Of a stretch of DNA of 29,578 nt, positions 1-12,404 are shown one piece after another (the stretch's first letter is position 1; each line of letters starts with the position of its first letter). Source of the stretch: Candidatus Eiseniibacteriota bacterium (GTDB lineage Bacteria; Eisenbacteria; RBG-16-71-46; DASYSL01); NCBI GenBank assembly GCA_031431875.1, contig JANPEF010000129.1:1-29578 (forward strand), read 5' to 3'. Both the position numbers and the translations under genes were made by a program. The notes under the pieces were generated by a model, which saw only the letters and a list, made by a program, of their open reading frames with translations, had not been told where the DNA came from and did not search any database.

Positions 1-49
1 TGCGCCCGACCCCAACGGATCGCCGGAACCCAGGATCGAGGAGCCTCCC

Positions 50-2896
<2,847 letters not shown>

Positions 2897-2906
2897 CGGA
2901 GATCGA

Positions 2907-4010
2907 ATGAAAGCGCTCGTCAAGTCGCGTCCCGCCCCCGGTGCCGAAATCCTGACGGTCCCCGATCCCACGCCTTTGGCCGACGAAGTCGTCCTCAAGG
3001 TCCGGCGCGTCGCCGTCTGCGGCACCGACCTCCACATCTACGGCTGGGATCGCTGGTCGCAGACGCGGATCAAGCCGCCGCTCGTCTTCGGCCATGAGTT
3101 CGTCGGCGAGGTCGTCGCCCTGGGCACCCGCGCCGAGGGAGTGCGACTGGGCGACCTCGTCGCCGTCGAGACGCACGTCGCCTGCACGACCTGCCACCTG
3201 TGCCGCCGCGGGCTCATGCACGTCTGCGAGCGCGTCCAGATCCTGGGCGTCGATCGCGATGGGGCGTACGCCGAGTTCGTCGCCGTGCCGGCGCGCAACT
3301 GCTGGCCGATCCCGACCGGCATGTCGATCGACCACGCCGCGGCACTCGAGCCGCTGGGCAACGCAGTGCACACCGTGCTGGCGGGGGAGATCGCTGGCTG
3401 TTCGGCCGCCGTCACCGGCTGCGGGCCGATCGGGCTGTTCTCCATTGCCGTGGCGCGCGCTTGCGGCGCCGGGCCGATCATCGCCAGCGACGTCAATCCG
3501 TATCGCCTCGAGTTGGCGAAGAAGATCGGCGCCGATGTCGTGGTCAACGTGGCGCAGGAGTCGTTCGTCGACAGGGTGCGCGATGCGACCGAGGGCCGTG
3601 GCGTCGACGTGCTGCTCGAGATGTCCGGCCACCCGCAGGCGATCCGCGACGGGCTCGAGGCGCTGCGCAACGCCGGCCGCGTCTCGCTGCTGGGCCTGCC
3701 GTCCGACCCGTTCGAGCTCGACGTCACGCGGCTCGTGATCTTCAAGGGCGCAACCGTGCAGGGAATCAACGGACGCCTCATGTTCCAGACGTGGCGGCAG
3801 ATGAACGAGCTCCTCACTTCGGGTCGCCTCGACATCTCGCCGGCGATGACGCACGTGATGCCGATCGAGGACTACGCCGCGGCGATGGACCAGCTGAAGG
3901 GCGGCTCGGCCGGGAAGATCGTGCTCCTGCCGTGGGGAGAAACGGCGAGCGGCGAAGCCGCGAAGCCGGGCGCCACCACCACCCAGCCCGCACACGCCGG
4001 ACACGCCTGA
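2907..4010 (+). CDS. tdh: L-threonine 3-dehydrogenase (Zn-dependent MDR family)
   Basis: CGTDLHI, GHEF, structural Zn CxxCxxC-x7-C, EPLGNAVHT, GCGPIG; directly coupled to kbl. Confidence 0.93.
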   Translation: MKALVKSRPAPGAEILTVPDPTPLADEVVLKVRRVAVCGTDLHIYGWDRWSQTRIKPPLVFGHEFVGEVVALGTRAEGVRLGDLVAVETHVACTTCHLCRRGLMHVCERVQILGVDRDGAYAEFVAVPARNCWPIPTGMSIDHAAALEPLGNAVHTVLAGEIAGCSAAVTGCGPIGLFSIAVARACGAGPIIASDVNPYRLELAKKIGADVVVNVAQESFVDRVRDATEGRGVDVLLEMSGHPQAIRDGLEALRNAGRVSLLGLPSDPFELDVTRLVIFKGATVQGINGRLMFQTWRQMNELLTSGRLDISPAMTHVMPIEDYAAAMDQLKGGSAGKIVLLPWGETASGEAAKPGATTTQPAHAGHA

Positions 4011-5215
4011 TGGACGCCGCGACCACTGCACGCTTGGAGGCGACGCTCGCCGAGATCAAGGCGGCCGGCTTGTGGAAGGACGAGCGCGTCATCGCGAGCC
4101 CGCAGGGCCCCGTCATCACGCTGGCCGACGGGCGCCACGTCCTCAACTTCTGCGCCAACAATTACCTGGGCCTCTCGTCCGATCCGCGCGTGGTGGCCGC
4201 CGCCCACATCGCACTCGACGCGCGCGGCTACGGCATGTCGAGCGTGCGCTTCATCTGCGGGACGCAGGACGTCCACAAGCAGCTCGAAGAGACGATCGCC
4301 CGCTTCCTCCACCTCGACGACGCGATCCTGTTCGCCGCCGCGTTCGACGCCAACGGCGGCGTCTTCGAGCCGCTCCTCGGCGAAGCGGACGCCATCATCT
4401 CCGACGAGCTCAACCACGCCTCGCTGATCGACGGCATCCGCCTGTGCAAGGCGAAGCGCTACCGGTACCGCAACAACGACCTGGCCGACCTCGCGGCCCA
4501 GCTCGTCGCCGCACGGGCCGCCGGCGCGCGCGACATCCTGATCGTCACCGACGGCGTGTTCTCGATGGACGGCTCGATCGCCGACCTGGCGGGCATCGTC
4601 GCGCTGGCGAAGCAGCACCGCGCGATGACCCTGGTCGACGACTGCCATGCGACCGGGTTCCTGGGCGTGACCGGCCGCGGCGCGACCGAGCACTGCGGCG
4701 TGCTCGGCGAGGTCGACTTCGTCACCGGGACGCTGGGCAAGGCGCTGGGCGGCGCGATGGGGGGCTTCGTCGCGGGACGCGCCCCGGCGATTGCGCTCCT
4801 GCGCCAGCGTGCGCGGCCGTACCTGTTCTCCAACACGCTCGCACCGTCGATCGTCGGCGCCTCGCTCGCCGTGTTCGCCCTGCTCGACGAAACGACCGAG
4901 CTGCGCGATCGCCTGATGGCGAACACCGCGCACTTCCGCACGGGGATCACCGCCGCCGGCTTCGACGTGAAACCCGGCGTCCATCCGATCGTGCCCATCA
5001 TGCTGCACGACGAACGCCGTGCCCACGACCTCGCGCGCCGCATGCTCGACGAGGGCATCTACGTGATCGGCTTCAGCTTCCCGGTCGTCCCCAAGGGACA
5101 GGCCCGCATCCGTGTGCAGGTCTCCGCCGCGCACACGCGCGAGCACCTCGACCGCGCGATCGCGGCGTTCACCAAGGCCGGGCGCGAGATGGGGATCCTC
5201 GGGGTCACGGCCTGA
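4010..5215 (+). CDS. kbl: 2-amino-3-ketobutyrate CoA ligase (glycine C-acetyltransferase)
   Basis: Start reassigned to the ATG overlapping the tdh stop (TGATG); NFCANNYLGLS, SVRFICGTQ, LNHASLIDG, PLP lysine in GTLGKALGG, RQRARPYLFSN. Confidence 0.95.
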   Translation: MDAATTARLEATLAEIKAAGLWKDERVIASPQGPVITLADGRHVLNFCANNYLGLSSDPRVVAAAHIALDARGYGMSSVRFICGTQDVHKQLEETIARFLHLDDAILFAAAFDANGGVFEPLLGEADAIISDELNHASLIDGIRLCKAKRYRYRNNDLADLAAQLVAARAAGARDILIVTDGVFSMDGSIADLAGIVALAKQHRAMTLVDDCHATGFLGVTGRGATEHCGVLGEVDFVTGTLGKALGGAMGGFVAGRAPAIALLRQRARPYLFSNTLAPSIVGASLAVFALLDETTELRDRLMANTAHFRTGITAAGFDVKPGVHPIVPIMLHDERRAHDLARRMLDEGIYVIGFSFPVVPKGQARIRVQVSAAHTREHLDRAIAAFTKAGREMGILGVTA

Positions 5216-5231
5216 GCGGCCCGGCGTCCCG

Positions 5232-5260
5232 TTGCGGGCCCTCGGGGCCCGTGCTAGAGT
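5232..5260 (+). promoter_or_regulatory. sigma70-type promoter for the gcv operon
   Basis: TTGCGG (5232-5237), 17-nt spacer, TAGAGT (5255-5260) with extended -10 TG at 5252-5253. Confidence 0.6.
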
Positions 5261-5271
5261 CCGGCCGAAGC

Positions 5272-5289
5272 TCGTGAACGATTTCACGA
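5272..5289. promoter_or_regulatory. Palindromic operator, Rex-box-like
   Basis: TCGTGAA-CGAT-TTCACGA: perfect 7-4-7 inverted repeat matching the Rex consensus TTGTGAA-N4-TTCACAA except for one symmetric position; lies just downstream of the predicted -10. Confidence 0.6.
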
Positions 5290-5350
5290 CCCCGTCGCGC
5301 CCCCGTACCGCGCGTCTCCGAAGCCTGGGACGCCCGGCCTCCGGAGACCC

Positions 5351-6448
5351 ATGACCACGCTCACCACGCCCTTCCTCGAGCACCACAAGAGGGCCGGCGC
5401 GAAGCTCATCGAGTTCGCGGGCTTTCTCATGCCTGTCTCGTATGCCGGGATCCTGGCGGAACATACGGCGGTCCGTACCGCCGCCGGCGTGTTCGACGTC
5501 TCGCACATGGGCGAGTTCGAGGTCCGCGGGAAGGACACCTGGGCCTTCATCGACAAGCTGGTGACCAACAGGGTGGGCGAGGCCGAGGTGGGCCAGGCGG
5601 TCTACACGCCGATGTGCCTGCCCGACGGCGGCATCGTCGACGACCTGCTGGCCTACCGCTTCGAGGACAGGGCGATGCTCGTCGTCAACGCCGCGAACAT
5701 CGAGGGCGACTGGGCGTGGGTGAACGAGGTGGCAAGCCGCTTCGACGTCACGCTCGAGAACGTCTCCGACCGTATCGCCCAGCTCGCCGTGCAGGGACCG
5801 CGCGCCGCCGAGATCTTTTCTGGCCTCGTCCCCGACGCCGCGCTCGACCTGGGCTACTACCGCTTCACCGGCGTCCAGCTGTGGGGGACGCCGATGGTGT
5901 TCTCGCGCACGGGCTACACCGGCGAGGACGGCTTCGAGCTCTACTTCGACGTCGACTCCGCGGACCGCGTATGGGACGAGCTGTTCAAGGCGGGGGCGAA
6001 GGTCGGACTGGCCCCGATCGGCCTCGGCGCGCGCGACAGCCTGCGGCTCGAGATGGGATTCTGCCTCTACGGTAACGACATCGACCGCACCACGCACCCG
6101 CTCGAGGCGAGCCTCGGGTGGACCGTGAAGATGGCCAAGCCCGACTTCATGGGGAAGGCCGCGATGCTCGCCGCGAAGGCGGCGGGCCTCACGCGCCGGC
6201 TCGTCGGCCTTGCCGTCGATTCGCCGCGCGTGGCGCGCCACGGCTGGGACGTGGTGAAGGACGGCTCCGTCGTCGGCACGGTCACCAGCGGCACGTCGTC
6301 GCCCACGCTGAAGAAGAGCATCGCCATGGCCTACGTGCCCGCGGCCGGAACGGCCGATGGCACCGAGTACGTCGTGCGCTCGGGTACGACCGAGCTGCCG
6401 GCCCGCGTCGTCCCACGCCCGTTCTACACCGAGGCTTCGCACCGCTGA
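5351..6448 (+). CDS. gcvT: Glycine cleavage system T protein (aminomethyltransferase)
   Basis: FDVSHMGE, GGIVDD, VVNAAN, SRTGYTGEDGFE, GLGARDSLRLEMG..LYGND. Confidence 0.97.
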   Translation: MTTLTTPFLEHHKRAGAKLIEFAGFLMPVSYAGILAEHTAVRTAAGVFDVSHMGEFEVRGKDTWAFIDKLVTNRVGEAEVGQAVYTPMCLPDGGIVDDLLAYRFEDRAMLVVNAANIEGDWAWVNEVASRFDVTLENVSDRIAQLAVQGPRAAEIFSGLVPDAALDLGYYRFTGVQLWGTPMVFSRTGYTGEDGFELYFDVDSADRVWDELFKAGAKVGLAPIGLGARDSLRLEMGFCLYGNDIDRTTHPLEASLGWTVKMAKPDFMGKAAMLAAKAAGLTRRLVGLAVDSPRVARHGWDVVKDGSVVGTVTSGTSSPTLKKSIAMAYVPAAGTADGTEYVVRSGTTELPARVVPRPFYTEASHR

Positions 6449-6484
6449 CGGTCCGCAACCGCGGCCGCTCTCGAGAGGAATCGC

Positions 6485-6867
6485 ATGACCCCGGACGGTC
6501 TCCGCTACACGAAGGATCACGAGTGGGCGAAGCAGGACGGCGACCTCGTCGTCGTCGGCATCACGGACTACGCGCAGGGCGAACTCGGTGACGTCGTGTT
6601 CGTCGAGCTGCCGGCCGTGGGCCGCACGGTCGCGGCCGGCGAGTCGTTCGGCACGATCGAGGCCGTGAAGACCGTGAGCGAGCTGTACGCGCCGCTGGCC
6701 GGCGAGGTCGTCGCGGTCAACGGCGACATCGCGGGCGAGCCGGCGCTGGTCAACGGCTCGCCGTACGACAAGGGCTGGATGATCAAGCTGCGCCCCGCGT
6801 CCGCCGCCGACTACGACGCGCTGCTCGACGCGAAGGCCTACTCGTCCCTCCTCGCGAGCCACGGCGC

Positions 6868-6871
<4 letters not shown>
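6485..6871 (+). CDS. gcvH: Glycine cleavage system H protein
   Basis: YTKDHEW, GITDYAQGELGDVVFVELP, lipoyl lysine in IEAVKTVSELYAP, SPYDKGW. Confidence 0.98.
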
Positions 6872-8237
<1,366 letters not shown>

Positions 8238-8241
<4 letters not shown>

Positions 8242-9833
8242 CGCCCACGACCTCGCCCCCGAGCGTCCAGTCCGGCGCCGCGCAGGCGCGCGGCACGGCC
8301 GCCGCGCCGCCGGCCCCGCCACCGGGCGCGCTGGCCGGCCTGCCGCCGGCCTCGGCACCGGTGCTGCCGCTCGTCCCCGAGGGGATCGTCGAGCCGCTGC
8401 TGTCCGAGCTCTCCGCCCCCGGCCACCGCGGCGTGCGCCTGCCGGCGTGCGACGTGCCGGCGATCCCGCTGGCGACCGCGCTCCCGGCGTGGGCGATCCG
8501 AGCGACGCGCGCGGCGCTTCCCGAGGTGAGCGAGCCCGAGGTGATCCGCCACTTCACGCGGCTCTCGGGCCTCAATCATCACCTCGACAAGGGCTTCTAT
8601 CCGCTCGGCTCGTGCACGATGAAGCACAACCCGAAGATCAACGACGAGCTCGCCTTCCTGCCCGGCATGGCGCTGGCGCATCCCTGCACGCCCGACGAGG
8701 GCCTGCAGGGCGCGCTCGAGCTGCTGTGGACGCTGGAGCGGCACCTCGCCGCGATCACCGGCTTCGACGCGGTCTCGCTGCAGCCAGCCGCCGGCGCGCA
8801 GGGCGAGTTCACCGGCATGCTCGTCGTGCGCGCCTACCACCAGTCGCGGGGCGACGTCGCGCGCGACACGGTGCTGGTGCCCGACTCGGCGCACGGCACG
8901 AACCCGGCCTCGGTCCGCGCGGTGGGCTGGAAGGTGGTCGAGCTCAAGTCGAAGGATGGCCGGCTCGACCTCGACGTGCTGAAGGCCGCGCTCGGCCCGC
9001 ACGTCGCTGCGGTCATGGTGACGCAGCCGTCGACGCTCGGCATGTTCGAGCCGCAGATCGCCGAGGCGGCCGGGATGATCCACGCCGCCGGCGCCCAGCT
9101 CTACCTCGACGGCGCGAACTTCAACGCACTGGTCGGGCTGGTGCAGCCGGGCAAGATCTTCGACGTCATGCACCTCAACCTGCACAAGACGTTCTCGACC
9201 CCGCACGGCGGCGGCGGGCCGGGCGCCGGTCCGGTCGCGGTCGGGGCGCACCTGGCGCCGTTCCTGCCGGGGCCGCGGGCGGCCCGCAATGAGGACGGCA
9301 CCTTCCGCTTCGAGCGCGACCTGCCGCAATCGGTGGGGCGTGTGCACGGCTGGCACGGCAACTTCGGCGTGCTCGTCCGCGCCTACGCCTACATCCGCTC
9401 GCTCGGCCCCGATGGGCTGACCGAGGTGTCGACCGAGGCGATCCTCAACGCGAACTACCTCATGCACCGCCTCAAGGGCGCCTACGACCTGCCGTTCGAC
9501 CGGCCGTGCATGCACGAGTTCGTGCTCTCGGGCCGCGGGCTTCGCAAGTACGGCGTGCGCACCACCGACGTGGCGAAGCGCCTGCTCGACTTCGGGGTGC
9601 ACGCGCCGACGGTGTACTTTCCGCTCATCGTCGAGGAGGCGATCATGATCGAGCCGACCGAGACCGAGACGCTGCGCACGCTCGACCTGTTCGCCGACGT
9701 CATGCTGCGCATCGCCGACGAGGCGAAGACCGACGCGTCGATCGTCACCGGCGCGCCGTGGACGACGCCGGTCTCGCGGCTCGACGAGGGACGGGCGGCG
9801 CGCGAGCTCAAGCTCACCTGGAAGAACGCGTAG
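8238..9833 (+). CDS. gcvPB: Glycine dehydrogenase (decarboxylating) subunit 2
   Basis: YPLGSCTMKHNP, SLQPAAGAQGE, AHGTNPAS, YLDGANFNA, PLP lysine in HLNLHKTFSTPHGGGGPG, EPTETE; ATG at 8238 (ATGA overlap) preceded by AAGGAGG. Confidence 0.97.
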
Positions 9834-10282
9834 CCTTCCCCGGCCCGCTGACGTGGGCGGTCGGAGCCGGCCGGGCGCGACCCGCCGCGGCGCGCTGGGG
9901 TTTGTTCGCCTGGGCGGCGGGGACCGCCGCGTGGAGCGCGTTCGGACCGCGCGGATCCCTGCCGCTGCTCGTCATCGCCGGCGTGTACCTGCTGGGTCCG
10001 CTGTGGACCGCGGCGCGCTACACGGTCGACGACGACGGTGTCGAGCGCCGCACGCCGTTCGGCACGAAGCGCTGGCCGTGGCCCGGGCTCGCGTCGTTCC
10101 GGATCGATCCGCGCGTGCGCTCCGCATGGATCACGCCGCGCGGCCGCGGCGCCGCGCGCTTCGTGCCGGCGGTGCTGCTGTTGTGGGAACCGGGGGACGA
10201 AGCGGGGGCATTCGCCGCCGAGCTGGAAGTGAGGCTGTCGGTGTATCTGCCGGGTGGGACGCGCGGGAAGGACCATGACTGA
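9818..10282 (+). CDS. Hypothetical small membrane-anchored protein (two hydrophobic segments plus a short beta-rich domain); start uncertain
   Basis: Open frame fills the gap between gcvPB and the next gene; hydrophobic WGLFAWAAGTAAWSAF and LPLLVIAGVYLLGPLW, then RYTVDDDGVERRTPFGTKRWPW (bacterial PH-like pattern). No ATG; candidate starts are GTG 9758, CTG 9818/9848, TTG 9902. Confidence 0.6.
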   Translation: MEERVAFPGPLTWAVGAGRARPAAARWGLFAWAAGTAAWSAFGPRGSLPLLVIAGVYLLGPLWTAARYTVDDDGVERRTPFGTKRWPWPGLASFRIDPRVRSAWITPRGRGAARFVPAVLLLWEPGDEAGAFAAELEVRLSVYLPGGTRGKDHD

Positions 10283-10568
10283 ATCGGCGGCTCTGCCGCC
10301 GGGAGATCAGGAGATCTTCAACCGCTTGTCCCGCTGGCTGGTCGAACGTCGCCTGGAGACGCCCGCGCTCCTGTTTCTCGAGAGCTCGCGACCGTTGTCG
10401 TTCGTGGGCTCGCAGGCGATGCACTTCTTCCAGCCGCTCGCGTCCGTCCTGTTCGCGACGCGCGACTACGAACGGCTGGCCCGGCTCCTCGAGGACCGGG
10501 ACAACTTCGAGATCCTCCTCGCGACCATCGAGCGCGAGGCCGACCGACGAGACGAGGGACGCCCATGA
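10275..10568 (+). CDS. Hypothetical small helical protein (97 aa)
   Basis: ATG at 10275 after GAAGGA; typical codon usage; overlaps both neighbours; sequence LETPALLFLESSRPLSFVGSQAMHFFQP. Confidence 0.8.
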   Translation: MTESAALPPGDQEIFNRLSRWLVERRLETPALLFLESSRPLSFVGSQAMHFFQPLASVLFATRDYERLARLLEDRDNFEILLATIEREADRRDEGRP

Positions 10569-12385
10569 GCGACACACGCGAGATCCGGTCCATCCTCGCG
10601 ACCGATTGCGGCTCCACCACGACGAAGGCGATCCTGATCGAGAAGCAGGGGGACACTTATCGCCTCGTCACCCGCGGCGAGGCCCCGACCACGGTCGAGG
10701 CGCCGTTCGAGGACGTGACCCGCGGCGTGCTCAATGCCGTGAAGGAGGTCGAGGAGCTGCGGGGCCGGAAGCTCCTCGACGGCGACCGGATCCTCACCCC
10801 GCAGGACGGCGACGAGGGCGTCGACCTCTACCTGAGCACGTCGAGCGCCGGCGGCGGGCTGCAGATGATGGTCTCGGGCCTGGTCCTGTCGATGACCGGG
10901 GAGAGCGCGCAACGCGCCGCGCTGGGCGCCGGCGCGATCGTCATGGACGTCATCGCCATCAACGACGGCCGACGGCCGCACGAGAAGATTCGTCGCCTCC
11001 GCCAGCTGCGACCCGACATGCTGCTGCTCTCGGGCGGCACCGACGGTGGCGCGGTCAAGAGCGTGGCCGAGATGGCCGAGCTGATCGCCGCAGCGAACCC
11101 CAAGGCCCGCCTCGGCGCCGGCTACGAGCTGCCCGTCGTCTACGCGGGCAACAGCGACCCGGCGGCGCGCGACATCGTGCGCCAGACGCTGGGCGACAAG
11201 ACCGCGCTGCTCATCGTCGAGAACCTGCGCCCCAAGCCCGAGGTCGAGAACCTGAAGCCCGCCCGCGACGCGATCCACGAGCTGTTCATGGAGCACGTCA
11301 TGGCGCACGCGCCGGGCTACAAGAAGCTGATGACCTGGACCGCGCAGCCGATCATGCCGACGCCCGGCGCGGTGGGCCTGATCATCGAGAAGATCGCGAA
11401 GCGCGAGGACATCACGGTGACGGGCGTCGATATCGGCGGCGCGACGACCGACGTGTTCTCGGTCTTCCAGGGGGTCTTCAACCGCACTGTGAGCGCCAAC
11501 CTGGGTATGTCGTACTCGGTGTCGAACGTGATGGCCGAGGCCGGCCTGCCCAACATCCTGCGCTGGGTGTCGTTCCCGGTCGACGAGGTGCAGCTGCGCA
11601 ACCGGATCAAGAACAAGATGATCCGCCCGACGACGATCCCCGACACGCTCGAGGAGTTGGTCATCGAGCAGGCCATCTCGCGCGAGGCGCTGCGGCTCGC
11701 CTTCGAGCAGCACAAGGCGCTGGCGGTGGGGCTCAAGGGAGTCCAGCAGGAGCGCACGATCTCGGACGTGTTCGAGCAGGACGACTCCGGCGCGACCCTG
11801 GTCAACCTGGCCGACCTGAACCTGCTCGTGGGCTCGGGCGGCGTGCTGTCGCACGCGCCGCGCCGCGTGCAGGCCGCGCTCATGATGATCGACGCATTCC
11901 TTCCCGAGTTCGTGACCGAGATCGCCGTGGACTCGATCTTCATGATGCCACAGCTCGGCGTGCTCGCCACCGTGCACGAGGAGGCCGCAACGCAGGTGTT
12001 CGACCGGGACTGCCTGATCCGGCTCGGCAGCGTGATCGCGCCGGTCGGCAACGCGAAGGACGGCGCCGCCTGCATGAAGGTCCGCCTCAAGCACCCCGAC
12101 GGTCGCGTCGAGGAGGCCGCGTGCAAGGCCGGCGAGATGAAGCTGCTCGCCCTGCCCGCCGACGGCGATGCGCGGCTCGAGCTCACGATCGAACCCGAGC
12201 GTGGGTACGACATGGGAGAGGGCAGGGGCAAACCCGTGACCGCCACCGTGCGCGGCGGCGTCGTCGGGCTCGTGCTCGACGGCCGCGGCCGCCGCCCGTT
12301 CGAATTGCCGAAGGACGACGCGAAGCGCATCGAGAAGCTGCGGGGCTGGAACCGCGCGCTCGACGTGTATCCGCGCGAACTCTAG
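10565..12385 (+). CDS. GlmL/MutL (glutamate mutase L)-like protein, ASKHA/actin-like ATPase fold
   Basis: 606 aa; phosphate-1 loop ATDCGSTTTK, STSSAGGGL, LSGGTDGG, IMPTPGAV, phosphate-2 loop GVDIGGATTDVFS, RTVSANLGM, LVGSGGVLSHAP, all typical of the GlmL family. Confidence 0.85.
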   Translation: MSDTREIRSILATDCGSTTTKAILIEKQGDTYRLVTRGEAPTTVEAPFEDVTRGVLNAVKEVEELRGRKLLDGDRILTPQDGDEGVDLYLSTSSAGGGLQMMVSGLVLSMTGESAQRAALGAGAIVMDVIAINDGRRPHEKIRRLRQLRPDMLLLSGGTDGGAVKSVAEMAELIAAANPKARLGAGYELPVVYAGNSDPAARDIVRQTLGDKTALLIVENLRPKPEVENLKPARDAIHELFMEHVMAHAPGYKKLMTWTAQPIMPTPGAVGLIIEKIAKREDITVTGVDIGGATTDVFSVFQGVFNRTVSANLGMSYSVSNVMAEAGLPNILRWVSFPVDEVQLRNRIKNKMIRPTTIPDTLEELVIEQAISREALRLAFEQHKALAVGLKGVQQERTISDVFEQDDSGATLVNLADLNLLVGSGGVLSHAPRRVQAALMMIDAFLPEFVTEIAVDSIFMMPQLGVLATVHEEAATQVFDRDCLIRLGSVIAPVGNAKDGAACMKVRLKHPDGRVEEAACKAGEMKLLALPADGDARLELTIEPERGYDMGEGRGKPVTATVRGGVVGLVLDGRGRRPFELPKDDAKRIEKLRGWNRALDVYPREL

Positions 12386-12404
12386 CCGCCGAGGAGAGAC
12401 GAAG

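Noticed and set aside
1..49. LexA box upstream of uvrA
   Set aside because: Only 49 nt are visible and no recognisable SOS palindrome is present.
3200..4009. Apparent 671-aa Kbl with a long N-terminal extension (likewise the 696-aa OppD ORF from 20759 and the 534-aa ligase ORF from 16227)
   Set aside because: The extensions overlap upstream genes in another frame and are Arg/Pro-rich noise; the real starts are at or near the overlap with the upstream stop.
5216..5350. Glycine riboswitch upstream of gcvT
   Set aside because: The leader is too short once the promoter is placed and it lacks the GGAGA...CCGAAG...CTCTCAGG aptamer arrangement.
10565..12385. Functional glutamate mutase, or DNA mismatch-repair MutL
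   Set aside because: No B12-binding or catalytic mutase subunit in the window; the motifs are ASKHA-type, not the GHKL motifs of repair MutL.
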